Assembly (NCBI RefSeq): GCF_013365455.1
Contig: NZ_CP046578.1
Location: forward strand, 660,001 to 692,000
Direction: 5' to 3'
Length of the DNA: 32,000 bases
Source: Wolbachia endosymbiont of Dirofilaria (Dirofilaria) immitis
GTDB taxonomy: Bacteria; Pseudomonadota; Alphaproteobacteria; Rickettsiales; Anaplasmataceae
Part shown: piece by piece, positions 1 to 9,007 of the stretch
Layout of the letters: every line of letters begins with the position of its first letter
How positions within the stretch are numbered: position 1 is the first letter of the stretch
Made by a program: the position numbers and the translations under genes
Notes under the pieces: model-generated
The model's database searches: none
The model's input: the letters and a program-made list of their open reading frames with translations, nothing else
What the model was told of the DNA's origin: nothing

Positions 1-116
1 TAAAATTAAAAAAGCATTAATTTTGTCACTTAACAACTTTTTCATTTGTAACTAGGCTTACTTTAAAGCAACCTAAAAAAGAATATCAACTCTCTCAAGT
101 ATAATTGCTTGACTTA

Positions 117-141
117 AATATATCCTTCTATTCAAGAAGGA
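117..141. repeat. Imperfect hairpin: AATATATCCTTCT-ATTCA-AGAAGGA (7-bp stem)
   Basis: Direct reading; its 13-nt left arm is identical to the left arm of the perfect hairpin at 28574-28603. Confidence 0.6.
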
Positions 142-251
142 ATTGAATTTTAAATTTAATATATTATAATATCGTACGTAGTACTAATAAATCAATAAAT
201 TTATAAAGACTAAATCCTCATACAACTAACACTAATTAATTTTTACCGTTT

Positions 252-2060
252 ATGAATGTTAAAATTTTTTTCACCAAAGCAACCATCGTTACTCTAGCCT
301 GTTTATTAATCTTCATGGAAATTGGTAATTTTCTATCAGATAATAGCAAAAAAGAAGAAATAGCGAGAGTTGGAAAAGAAGTCATAACATTAGGTGAGTA
401 CAAGCTGTTATATCAAAATTACGAGAATCAAATTCCTGAATCCAACATTAATAGAGAACAAATGAAAAAACTAAAATATGATTTACTTAATGCACTTATA
501 GAGCAAAAACTACTGTTCAATCTAATTAGTGATCTGGGATTAGTAATTGGAGAAGAATCTATAAAAGACCATATTAGAAACACCAAGCATTTCCAAAACG
601 ATAAAGGAGAATTTGATAAAGAGAAATTTCATGAAATGCTAAACGGTCTGTATATGATAGAAGAAAACTATGTGGCAAAGCTGAAAAAAACTCTACCTGC
701 CATGATGTTCATGACCTCCTTATTTAAGGGTAATTACCCAGTGACTTTCGGTGAAAAAATTGATGAGCAGATATATAAAAGTCGTCATCAAACCAGGGTA
801 GTCGATATTATAAAAGTAACTAAAGACGCAGTTACAGATATCCCTGAACCAAATAACAAAATCTTACTTGACCTGTATGAAAAAAATAAATCCCACTTTT
901 ACTATCCTGAATATCGAACTGCACAATATATTTCCTTAGGTCGAAAGTACTTTGAAGACCAAGTTCACGTTTCAGATGAAGAGATTAATAATATAATAGA
1001 ACAACAGGAGCTTAAAGATCAAAGAGATATATTTAACCTAATATTTCATACTGAGGAAGAGGTAAAAGCAGCAAAAAAAGCACTTGAGGAAAAGGAAACA
1101 AGCTTTGAGCAGATAGTAGAAAAGTTTGGTAAAACAAAACTTGAGAAAACTAGAATAAATAATATAACCAAGGATTTTCTACCAGATGGTATGAGAGAAA
1201 AGGTGTTTGCCCTCAAAGCAGGTGAAGTGAGCGAAGTTCTGGAGAGCAATTTTGGTTGGCATATAATAAAGGTGGATAATGCGCACCAAATCTCTGATGA
1301 AAACTTAGCTGACTTAAAGAAGGATATAAAGTCAATCTTAATTAACCAAAAGTCTTTTGAAAAAGTTAATGACTTTATAAACCAAGTAAACTATAAGATA
1401 TATAATGGTGCAACTATCGAAGAAATTTCTAGTGAGTACAACTTACCTATTCAAATCATCGGTCCAGTAGACGCTAATGGAAAAGATCAAAGTATTGATA
1501 GTGTGAAAAATTTCAATGACTTGATTTCTTTTATCTTTTCACGGAAAAAAGACCAAAAAAGTTATTTTAAGAGTATTGGAGACACTGTTATTAGTGTAAA
1601 GATCACTGACATTACTCCATCTAAGATGCAAAGTTTTGAAGAAGGCAAAGCATCAGTGTTAAATCTTTGGCGTAACGAGTTTATAAAAGGACAAATGTTT
1701 AAAATTGGACAAAGAATTGTAGCTCAATTCAAAGAGAAGAAAGATTTTAAGAAAATTCAGGGTATAGAATTGATCAAGGACCAGCAGATACATCGCAATG
1801 AGACTAATCAACAAAACTATCCTTCTTCTTTTATAGAAGAGATCTTCAATATGAAAACAACTAATTCAGTGACAGATCCTATTCAACATAATAATGAAAT
1901 TATAATAGGCACCCTAAAAAAAGTGTATTCATCAAGTGGCAAATTAAATCCACTTGATACTGGAAAACGCATGATGATATCACTAAAAGAGCAATTAATT
2001 AATTATCTGAAATCAAAATACAAGATAGAAGTTAATCACGCTATACTTGATGACATATAG
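252..2060 (+). CDS. ppiD: Peptidyl-prolyl cis-trans isomerase, PpiD/SurA-like (SurA_N_3 plus parvulin rotamase domain)
   Basis: 602-aa ORF with single N-terminal TM segment (ATIVTLACLLIFMEIGNF), SurA/PpiD-type N-domain, and parvulin motif 'FGKTKLEKTRINNITKDFLPDGMREKVFALKAGEVSEVLESNFGWHIIKVD'. Confidence 0.85.
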   Translation: MNVKIFFTKATIVTLACLLIFMEIGNFLSDNSKKEEIARVGKEVITLGEYKLLYQNYENQIPESNINREQMKKLKYDLLNALIEQKLLFNLISDLGLVIGEESIKDHIRNTKHFQNDKGEFDKEKFHEMLNGLYMIEENYVAKLKKTLPAMMFMTSLFKGNYPVTFGEKIDEQIYKSRHQTRVVDIIKVTKDAVTDIPEPNNKILLDLYEKNKSHFYYPEYRTAQYISLGRKYFEDQVHVSDEEINNIIEQQELKDQRDIFNLIFHTEEEVKAAKKALEEKETSFEQIVEKFGKTKLEKTRINNITKDFLPDGMREKVFALKAGEVSEVLESNFGWHIIKVDNAHQISDENLADLKKDIKSILINQKSFEKVNDFINQVNYKIYNGATIEEISSEYNLPIQIIGPVDANGKDQSIDSVKNFNDLISFIFSRKKDQKSYFKSIGDTVISVKITDITPSKMQSFEEGKASVLNLWRNEFIKGQMFKIGQRIVAQFKEKKDFKKIQGIELIKDQQIHRNETNQQNYPSSFIEEIFNMKTTNSVTDPIQHNNEIIIGTLKKVYSSSGKLNPLDTGKRMMISLKEQLINYLKSKYKIEVNHAILDDI

Positions 2061-2650
2061 CCAGAAAACCTGTTTTTCATTTAGAGTGTATGATATCATT
2101 CCAGCACCGTTTACCCGAACAACAAAAAAGAATTAATAGAATAACAGAGAAAGTAATGTAAATAGGGAGCACATCTCTACAGATATACAGCTAAACAACC
2201 TATAGGTAAAAATAAAAAAACTTTATCTACTCTGGCTTTAACTCTAAATTAATACTAATGAACCTTTGATGATGTTTATAGTTTAATCATGATTTTGCTG
2301 TATACAAAAAAATTTTAAAAGGCATGCAGCCACTACAATTTCATGTAATTCGCAAAAAATATCTTAAATTTTGTAATAAATTTTGCAATTAAATTTGTAC
2401 AGATTGAAAACAAGTTCTAAGTCAAAAGCACTCTTGCTGTTAAAACAATGAGATTAGCTAAAATTTATCACAAGTGTCCATAGATATAGCATTTCTAGAA
2501 CAGATAATACAAGGCTTCTGTAGCAAAAATATATAAGCTATCTTCAAGCACGAAAACAGAACTTTAATATTACCCTTCCACACTACTTTTAGAAAGCCTT
2601 TTTAGGTTAACATAAAAGTATTTACCTAACATACTAGCTTACACTAAGGT

Positions 2651-2669
2651 CCTTCAGGAAGGTTTTTTT
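2651..2669 (+). terminator. Candidate intrinsic terminator (+ strand): CCTTCAGGAAGG followed by TTTTTTT
   Basis: Short stem (CCTT/AAGG, optional fifth pair) plus a 7-T run; adjacent to the 3' end of the convergent ubiA. Confidence 0.45.
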
Positions 2670-2677
2670 AGATATAT

Positions 2678-3535
2678 TTAATTTACAACTCTATCCAAAA
2701 GAATACCGAAAAAAAGCAATAGTCCCACATAGGAACTACTTTTAAATATAGACATACATTGACTAGGATTATCAGGGTCAAAATTCTTATATTGGTAGTA
2801 AAACACAAACCCTACAGCGAGTAGAGCGATATAAAAAATGTTATTTAACGATGATAAGATACCAGAATATAGCCACATCATAAAAGATGTCAGGTAAAAT
2901 CTTCTTAACCAACATTTTATTACATTACCAAAATATAATGCAGTTGACTTTATTCCTAACTTTTTATCATCTCTCCTATCTTGACAAGCATATACAGTAT
3001 CGTAACTCAGTGTCCAAAAGATACATCCCACATAAAAGAGTACAGGTTCTATACTAATCTGGTTTTTTACTACTGCCCAGCCCATAAGTGATCCCATATT
3101 AAAAGTAAACCCTAAAAACAACTGAGGCCACCAAACATAACGTTTTAACAAAGGATAAATAATTATCATACATATAGAGACTATTCCAAGTATAAGTGTA
3201 GTTCTATTGGTAAGTAGTAAGATTACCAATGCAACAGATAGTAACAAAGAAAGTAAAGTCAAAGCTTGCTTTACATTGAGTGTACCGTTTGCAAGTGGTC
3301 TATATTTTGTCCGTCTAACATGTATATCTATTTCTCTATCGAAAATATCATTGATTATGCAACCCGCAGGTCTCATTAAAAGTGCACCTACAGTGAATAA
3401 AATAAAGAGAAGAAAAGTCCGCCATGATAGAGAAGTTGAGGCTAGAATAATACCACTTAAACTCGGGAATAATACAAGCCACAAACCCGTTAAATTATGC
3501 AACCTCATCAATAAAAAATAATGATTGAAACGCAC
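2678..3535 (-). CDS. ubiA: 4-hydroxybenzoate polyprenyltransferase (UbiA family)
   Basis: 285 aa, polytopic; UbiA motifs 'GCIINDIFDREIDIHVRRTKYRPLANG' and 'YDTVYACQDRRDDKKLGIKSTALYFG'. Confidence 0.95.
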   Translation of the reverse strand: MRFNHYFLLMRLHNLTGLWLVLFPSLSGIILASTSLSWRTFLLFILFTVGALLMRPAGCIINDIFDREIDIHVRRTKYRPLANGTLNVKQALTLLSLLLSVALVILLLTNRTTLILGIVSICMIIIYPLLKRYVWWPQLFLGFTFNMGSLMGWAVVKNQISIEPVLFYVGCIFWTLSYDTVYACQDRRDDKKLGIKSTALYFGNVIKCWLRRFYLTSFMMWLYSGILSSLNNIFYIALLAVGFVFYYQYKNFDPDNPSQCMSIFKSSSYVGLLLFFGILLDRVVN

Positions 3536-3538
3536 CTA

Positions 3539-3886
3539 TTAAGTGAAATTACTTAGTATTTTGCTTACAGTAATAAAATTATCGAACGCTAAATCAGGTT
3601 TAAAAATTAACTTAGGCACAAACCGTAAATTAACATAACGCAATATAGATTTATGTATTAACCATGCAGATTGGTTTATTTCATTAATAATAGCATTAGT
3701 ACTGCAATTTTTTTTGCTTAATGAAGGCAACACGATATATACATTTGCTATTTTAAAATCTTTACTTAATCTTACATCAGAAACTGATACATTTTTATGA
3801 ATGTACACCTTGCCTTCTATCAAGACTCTAGATATCGCCCTATGTAATACAGACGCTATTTTCAGGCTTCTAATTTCTTTTTTCAT
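3539..3886 (-). CDS. rbfA: Ribosome-binding factor A
   Basis: 115 aa with RbfA-like N-terminus and 'LRFVPKLIFKPDLAFDNFITVSKIL'; directly downstream of infB, as in the conserved operon. Confidence 0.88.
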   Translation of the reverse strand: MKKEIRSLKIASVLHRAISRVLIEGKVYIHKNVSVSDVRLSKDFKIANVYIVLPSLSKKNCSTNAIINEINQSAWLIHKSILRYVNLRFVPKLIFKPDLAFDNFITVSKILSNFT

Positions 3887-3895
3887 AGTTGACTA

Positions 3896-6214
3896 CTACA
3901 ACACCCTTTCTTCCTGAACTAATTGATAAACTTCTAAAACATCTCCAACTTTAACATCAACGTTACCATCAAAAGATAACCCACATTCAAAGCCTGCACC
4001 TACTTCCTTAACATCATTCTTAAATCTACGCAAAGCTTTTAACTTTCCTTTGCATATTAATTTACTATTGCGCATTACCTTAATTAAAGAATCCTTTTTT
4101 GCTATTCCATCACTTACATAACATCCAATAATATTACCAGCTTTAGATGCACTAAATATTTGCTTCACAGATGCAGAGCCAATATGCACTTCTCGCGTTA
4201 TAGGCTTCAACATTTTAGTTAAATACATTTTCATGTCATCAATAAGCTCATATATTATACTATAAGTGTATATCTCTACACCTTTTTGTTTTGCTAAATC
4301 CCTTATTTTTGAATCCGCTTTGACGTTAAACGCTAAGATTACTGCATTCGATGCTTCTGCAAGTAGTACATCCGAATCCGTTATTCCCCCTACTGCTTTA
4401 TGCAAGATATTTAATTTAATTTTACCTCTGCCTAGTTTATCAATCGAATTTAATATTGCTTCAATAGAACCAGTAACATCACATTTTAAAAGCAAAGATA
4501 TTTCCTCCACTCCACTATTGTTACGACTAAATATATTCAAATTATTACTATTTAAATTCCCTTCTTTTTTCCTAACCAACTCTAACCTATGTTCAATGAT
4601 TTCACGAATCTGCCTTTCAGAAGTTACAACAACAAACCTATCCCCAGCATTTGGTACACTGTTTAGACCAGTAATTTCAATCGGAGTAGAAGGTAAAGCT
4701 ATCCTTTCTCTTTGACCAAGATGATTAACCATATTACGTACTTTACCATATGTTGTACCCAGAACTAACATATCACCAACCTTTAGCGTTCCTTCCTCAA
4801 CTATCAATGTAGCTGATATCCCTTTAGCTTTATCCACTTTAGACTCTACCACCCAACCAAGCGCTCGACAATCTTCTATTGCCTCAAGCTTCATCAACTC
4901 AGCAATTAACAAGATTGCCTCTTCCAGCTTATCTAAGTTCATTCTCTTTTTTGCTGATACTGGCACAACTATAACGTCACCACCAAGTTCCTCAGGAATA
5001 AGATCATATTGAGGTAAACTACTAATTATCCTCTCTAAATCCCCAGGCTGAGACTTATCAATTTTATTAATAGCAATCATAATAGAAACATTCGCCGCCT
5101 TTGCATGATTTATAGCTTCAACTGTTTGCTTCATCACTCCATCATCAGCTGCAATCACTATTACAACTATATCAGTAATGTTAGCACCACATGCACGCAT
5201 TGCAGTAAATGCTTCATGCCCAGGCGTATCAATAAAAGTAATCTTCTGTTTATCTTTTGTAACTATCTGATAAGCACCTATATGTTGAGTTATCCCACCT
5301 GATTCTCTCTCTGCAATATTAGATTCACGAAACGCATCAAGCAATGAGGTTTTACCATGGTCAACATGTCCCATAAATGTAACAACTGGCGGTTTAGCTT
5401 TTTTAGGCAAATTTTCCTTATTCTCTATAAATAATAAATCCCTTTCCTTGTCAATACTACTTACCCGTTTAGCTGCATGATTGAATTTTTCCACTATTTT
5501 ACACGCTATATCTGGATTCACTAAATCATCTACTTTATAGCTCTCACCTATTTCTTCTTCTAACATTTTTAACACATGTTTATTGTCCTCTGCCATACGA
5601 ATAGATAACTCCTTGATCGTAATTCTATCTGGTATAATAACTTCCCTTGATATATTTTTACCTTTGGTAAACTTTGACTTTTTATTTCTTATACCAAACC
5701 TTTGCCTGAATACTGAAGTTTGCTCAACTTTGTCATCCATTGACTGTGCAATCACTAGCTTAGAATATTTAGAATACACATCCTTGCTAGTCCTTAAAGG
5801 CTTTCTATTAACATCTACATCATCAATCCCTTCTTCCATCAGCTTAACTAAGCTGATACCACTTGAGCCTTTTTCTTTAGTTTCCTTAAATGAAGCACCA
5901 GAGATACTACCTTCATCAATCCCCCTATTGTCATCTTTTTTCGTCATCACTTCCTTCTCTTTTTTTAGATTTTCCTCTTTTAGGAAAGCAGCATTCTGTA
6001 CTGCATTAATACGAAAAATCTGCTCTTTTTCTGTCAATGAGCCCAATTTGCTTTCGCTTTGCTCTTCCGGCTCACAGATTTTTCTTCTTCTCTTTTTTAC
6101 TATTGTAGCCCCTACATTTGAACTTGCTGAATGACTCAAATCAAGACTAAATTTAAGCTTGTTAAAGCCTTCAAGTGTTAATTTTTTACTACTAATACCT
6201 TCTTCATTATTCAT
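3896..6214 (-). CDS. infB: Translation initiation factor IF-2
   Basis: 772 aa; GTPase motifs [25 protein letters not shown]; IF-2 C-terminal domains; acidic/basic N-terminal extension. Confidence 0.98.
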   Translation of the reverse strand: MNNEEGISSKKLTLEGFNKLKFSLDLSHSASSNVGATIVKKRRRKICEPEEQSESKLGSLTEKEQIFRINAVQNAAFLKEENLKKEKEVMTKKDDNRGIDEGSISGASFKETKEKGSSGISLVKLMEEGIDDVDVNRKPLRTSKDVYSKYSKLVIAQSMDDKVEQTSVFRQRFGIRNKKSKFTKGKNISREVIIPDRITIKELSIRMAEDNKHVLKMLEEEIGESYKVDDLVNPDIACKIVEKFNHAAKRVSSIDKERDLLFIENKENLPKKAKPPVVTFMGHVDHGKTSLLDAFRESNIAERESGGITQHIGAYQIVTKDKQKITFIDTPGHEAFTAMRACGANITDIVVIVIAADDGVMKQTVEAINHAKAANVSIMIAINKIDKSQPGDLERIISSLPQYDLIPEELGGDVIVVPVSAKKRMNLDKLEEAILLIAELMKLEAIEDCRALGWVVESKVDKAKGISATLIVEEGTLKVGDMLVLGTTYGKVRNMVNHLGQRERIALPSTPIEITGLNSVPNAGDRFVVVTSERQIREIIEHRLELVRKKEGNLNSNNLNIFSRNNSGVEEISLLLKCDVTGSIEAILNSIDKLGRGKIKLNILHKAVGGITDSDVLLAEASNAVILAFNVKADSKIRDLAKQKGVEIYTYSIIYELIDDMKMYLTKMLKPITREVHIGSASVKQIFSASKAGNIIGCYVSDGIAKKDSLIKVMRNSKLICKGKLKALRRFKNDVKEVGAGFECGLSFDGNVDVKVGDVLEVYQLVQEERVL

Positions 6215-6223
6215 ATTATCTTA

Positions 6224-7786
6224 CTATATTACACCAAGTTTCTTACGTGCCTCCATAATTATCAAGTCTACTGTATCTTTTAAATCTTCTCTATTGTCTA
6301 CTAAACTAGAAAGTATACTACAAAATTCATAACTCGACAAATCTGCTATATTCTTCAAAGTTTTAATACCGTATTTACTTAGAGCAATTTTACCATCTAT
6401 TGATAAAGGTAGATTGATTACATCATCTTCCATACCTAAAGTTCTTAACTCTTCTATTTTTCTATCATTTTTTGCCTTTAGGTATTTGTTTGCCCTGCTA
6501 CGTAACTCATTTGCAATATCCTCATTAAAGCCTTCTATTGAAGCAAGCTCTTTAACTGAAGCATCAGATATATCTTCTACACTTGAAAACCCTTCTGTGA
6601 CTAACAGCTGACCCATAATCTCCTCTAAATTTAGAGCTTCAGCAAACAAAGCTGAACATTGGCTAAGCTCCCTACTTCGTCTTTCTGACTCCTGCTGAAT
6701 ACTCAGTATCTCAATCTTCCATCCAATAAGCTCTGATGCTAACCTTACATTTTGACCTTTTTTCCCTATAGCTAAGCTCAACTGAGCTTCAGGAACTATT
6801 AACTCTACACAATTTTCATTCTCATCAATAATAACTTTCGATACTCCTGCAGGAGTAATTGCTTTAATAACAAACTGGCCTAGATCTGAAGAGTAATGTA
6901 TAACATCAATCTTTTCCCCATTTAATTCATGTATTATAGTTTTTATCCTTTCTCCCTTAACTCCAACACAAGCACCTACTGGATCAATATTTTTATCAGG
7001 AGAAAAAACAGCAACTTTAGATCTTGAACCAGCATCTCTAGCTATACCTTTAATTACCACCAGCCCATCAGCAATTTCTGGTATCTCTTGATTTAGCAAT
7101 GCTTCCAAAAAACCTTCATGGGTCCTAGAAAGAATAATTTGACGTCCATCATCAGAACGCTTAACAGTTTGTATATAAGCTTTAACCTTATCACCTTCGC
7201 GAAACGATTCACCACCAATTAAATTTCGCAATGGAAGATATGCTCTAGCACCATTTATATCTACAATCAAATCTGAATACTCTATTTGCTTAATAACACC
7301 ATCCCTTACTTCTCCCACCTTATCCCTAAATTCTCCATACTGCTTCTTTAATTCCTCATATTTAATTACTTGAGCAATTCTTTGCTGGGCAATTCTCGCT
7401 GAAGCAAGATCAGTATTAAGAGAGAGTAATTCATTAATAATATCACCAACTTTTGCATCCTCCTTTATTAATCTAGCCTGCGTAAGAGTAATTAATTCAT
7501 ATCCAGAATTTCCCTCTTCATTTAATTCATCACTAACAACCTTTACCCCCCTGTATAAGATAACCTTTCCTGTGTTTCTATCTACATTAACTACAATTTT
7601 ACTCTTACTGCCATACTTTTGATAAGCAACTGCTTCTATTGCACTTTCTAATGCCCTTATTATCACTTCAAAATCTAGACCTTTCTGAAGTGAAAGTTCC
7701 GCTGCTGTCTTTATTATATCAATACTTCCAACTAAGTGACCCTTATCACTTTTCTGCTTAATACTACTTTTACGATTAACAATCAT
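6224..7786 (-). CDS. nusA: Transcription termination/antitermination protein NusA
   Basis: 520 aa with S1 domain ('GEVRDGVIKQIEYSDLIVDI'), KH domains ('GACVGVKGERIKTIIHELNGEKIDVI', 'LAIGKKGQNVRLASELIGWKIEI') and C-terminal HhH-like repeats. Confidence 0.97.
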   Translation of the reverse strand: MIVNRKSSIKQKSDKGHLVGSIDIIKTAAELSLQKGLDFEVIIRALESAIEAVAYQKYGSKSKIVVNVDRNTGKVILYRGVKVVSDELNEEGNSGYELITLTQARLIKEDAKVGDIINELLSLNTDLASARIAQQRIAQVIKYEELKKQYGEFRDKVGEVRDGVIKQIEYSDLIVDINGARAYLPLRNLIGGESFREGDKVKAYIQTVKRSDDGRQIILSRTHEGFLEALLNQEIPEIADGLVVIKGIARDAGSRSKVAVFSPDKNIDPVGACVGVKGERIKTIIHELNGEKIDVIHYSSDLGQFVIKAITPAGVSKVIIDENENCVELIVPEAQLSLAIGKKGQNVRLASELIGWKIEILSIQQESERRSRELSQCSALFAEALNLEEIMGQLLVTEGFSSVEDISDASVKELASIEGFNEDIANELRSRANKYLKAKNDRKIEELRTLGMEDDVINLPLSIDGKIALSKYGIKTLKNIADLSSYEFCSILSSLVDNREDLKDTVDLIIMEARKKLGVI

Positions 7787-8037
7787 ACAAATAAAACCCT
7801 AAACAATCAGTTATAATTATAGCTTCAACAGACAAAAAATACTATTCCCGATATTAAATAATTACTAATTTAAGTCAAGTTCTTTCATATCCTCACATTA
7901 CAAGCAATTCGAGTAAAAAAACGAGATTAGAACTGTACAGCCAATATGACACATATCATAGTCATTTTAAACGATAAACTCATTACTAGTTAATGGTGCG
8001 TCATATATAATCTGTACAAAAAAAATCAATACTTAAC

Positions 8038-8148
8038 TTAGCAAGCACTAGCATTAGCGCCAAGAACTGCAATCACAATAGCAAGTAACATCAGCATGAT
8101 ACGAGAAACTGAAGCATTCAAAACACATCTACTCAATATTGATCTCAC
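8038..8148 (-). CDS. Candidate 36-aa hydrophobic small protein (GTG start): MRSILSRCVLNASVSRIMLMLLAIVIAVLGANASAC
   Basis: Read from the sequence (below the ORF-track length cut-off). One TM/signal-like segment, locally higher GC than the flanks, AGGG 3-6 nt upstream of GTG. No homology known to me. Confidence 0.3.
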   Translation of the reverse strand: MRSILSRCVLNASVSRIMLMLLAIVIAVLGANASAC

Positions 8149-9007
8149 ATACCCTACTTAGTGATACTTAGTGATAAAAAAACATCAAGTAATAGTACAT
8201 TATATTTCATTATAATCCCAGCCAAAGTAATTTTCCTATCCATACATGCTAATCATAAAAACTTTACTAACAGGAGAAAATAAAAAAATCACCTATGTAG
8301 TAAACAAAAACACTACTATCATTCATCATTACAATAAACATGTGGTACATACTACTAAAATATAGAGCCAATACTAATATTATTAACATAATTACCAATA
8401 TATAAAAGCCTTTAACAAAAAGTTTTCAATCTTTATTGATATTTTTATCATTTTTAAAACCAATTTTTTTTCTTTACCCTAATCTTTACCTGCTAAAATC
8501 TCTATTTTTTTATTCTCTTTTATATAGCTTAAGTTCACCATCTGCTGAAGTAGCCAATATTCTTACTTCTTCAACAAAAATCCCAGAAATTCAACAAACA
8601 CATTTTCATTATAGGAATTTGCTGCCAGGACCGCCTTCCTTTAGCACTTTTTATAGATATATGAACCAAAAATAAAATTATCTCTATAAACAATAACTTT
8701 ACTACCCTGTTTCTCTCCGCAAGCAAGCTCTTCATGTCAATATTTTATTAAACACTCATACTTTTGCTAACCTTATATCTAAGGTATATTATATACTAAT
8801 TAATTCTTATATTATTCTAAAATAATTAGATTAAATATAAAAAAATTAAATAAAATTACAGTTACAAAAAAGATTCCAAATACTAACTATAGTATAATAT
8901 TTAAGAGGTTACTATAAATACAATTTCAAATATGATAAAAGGTAAAAGTAAGTTAAACCAACTTTAACCAAAGTTTTAATTTAAAAAAAAGAAAAAGTAT
9001 CTACAAA

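Noticed and set aside
4266-6611. Plus-strand ORFs (149, 65, 183, 65 aa) within infB/nusA
   Set aside because: Fully antisense to strongly conserved genes.
7787-8037. rimP upstream of nusA
   Set aside because: No ORF or recognisable fragment of RimP between nusA and the micro-ORF.
8436-8675. 79-aa plus-strand ORF with signal-like N-terminus
   Set aside because: TTG start with no SD, and the minus strand looks more coding-like here.
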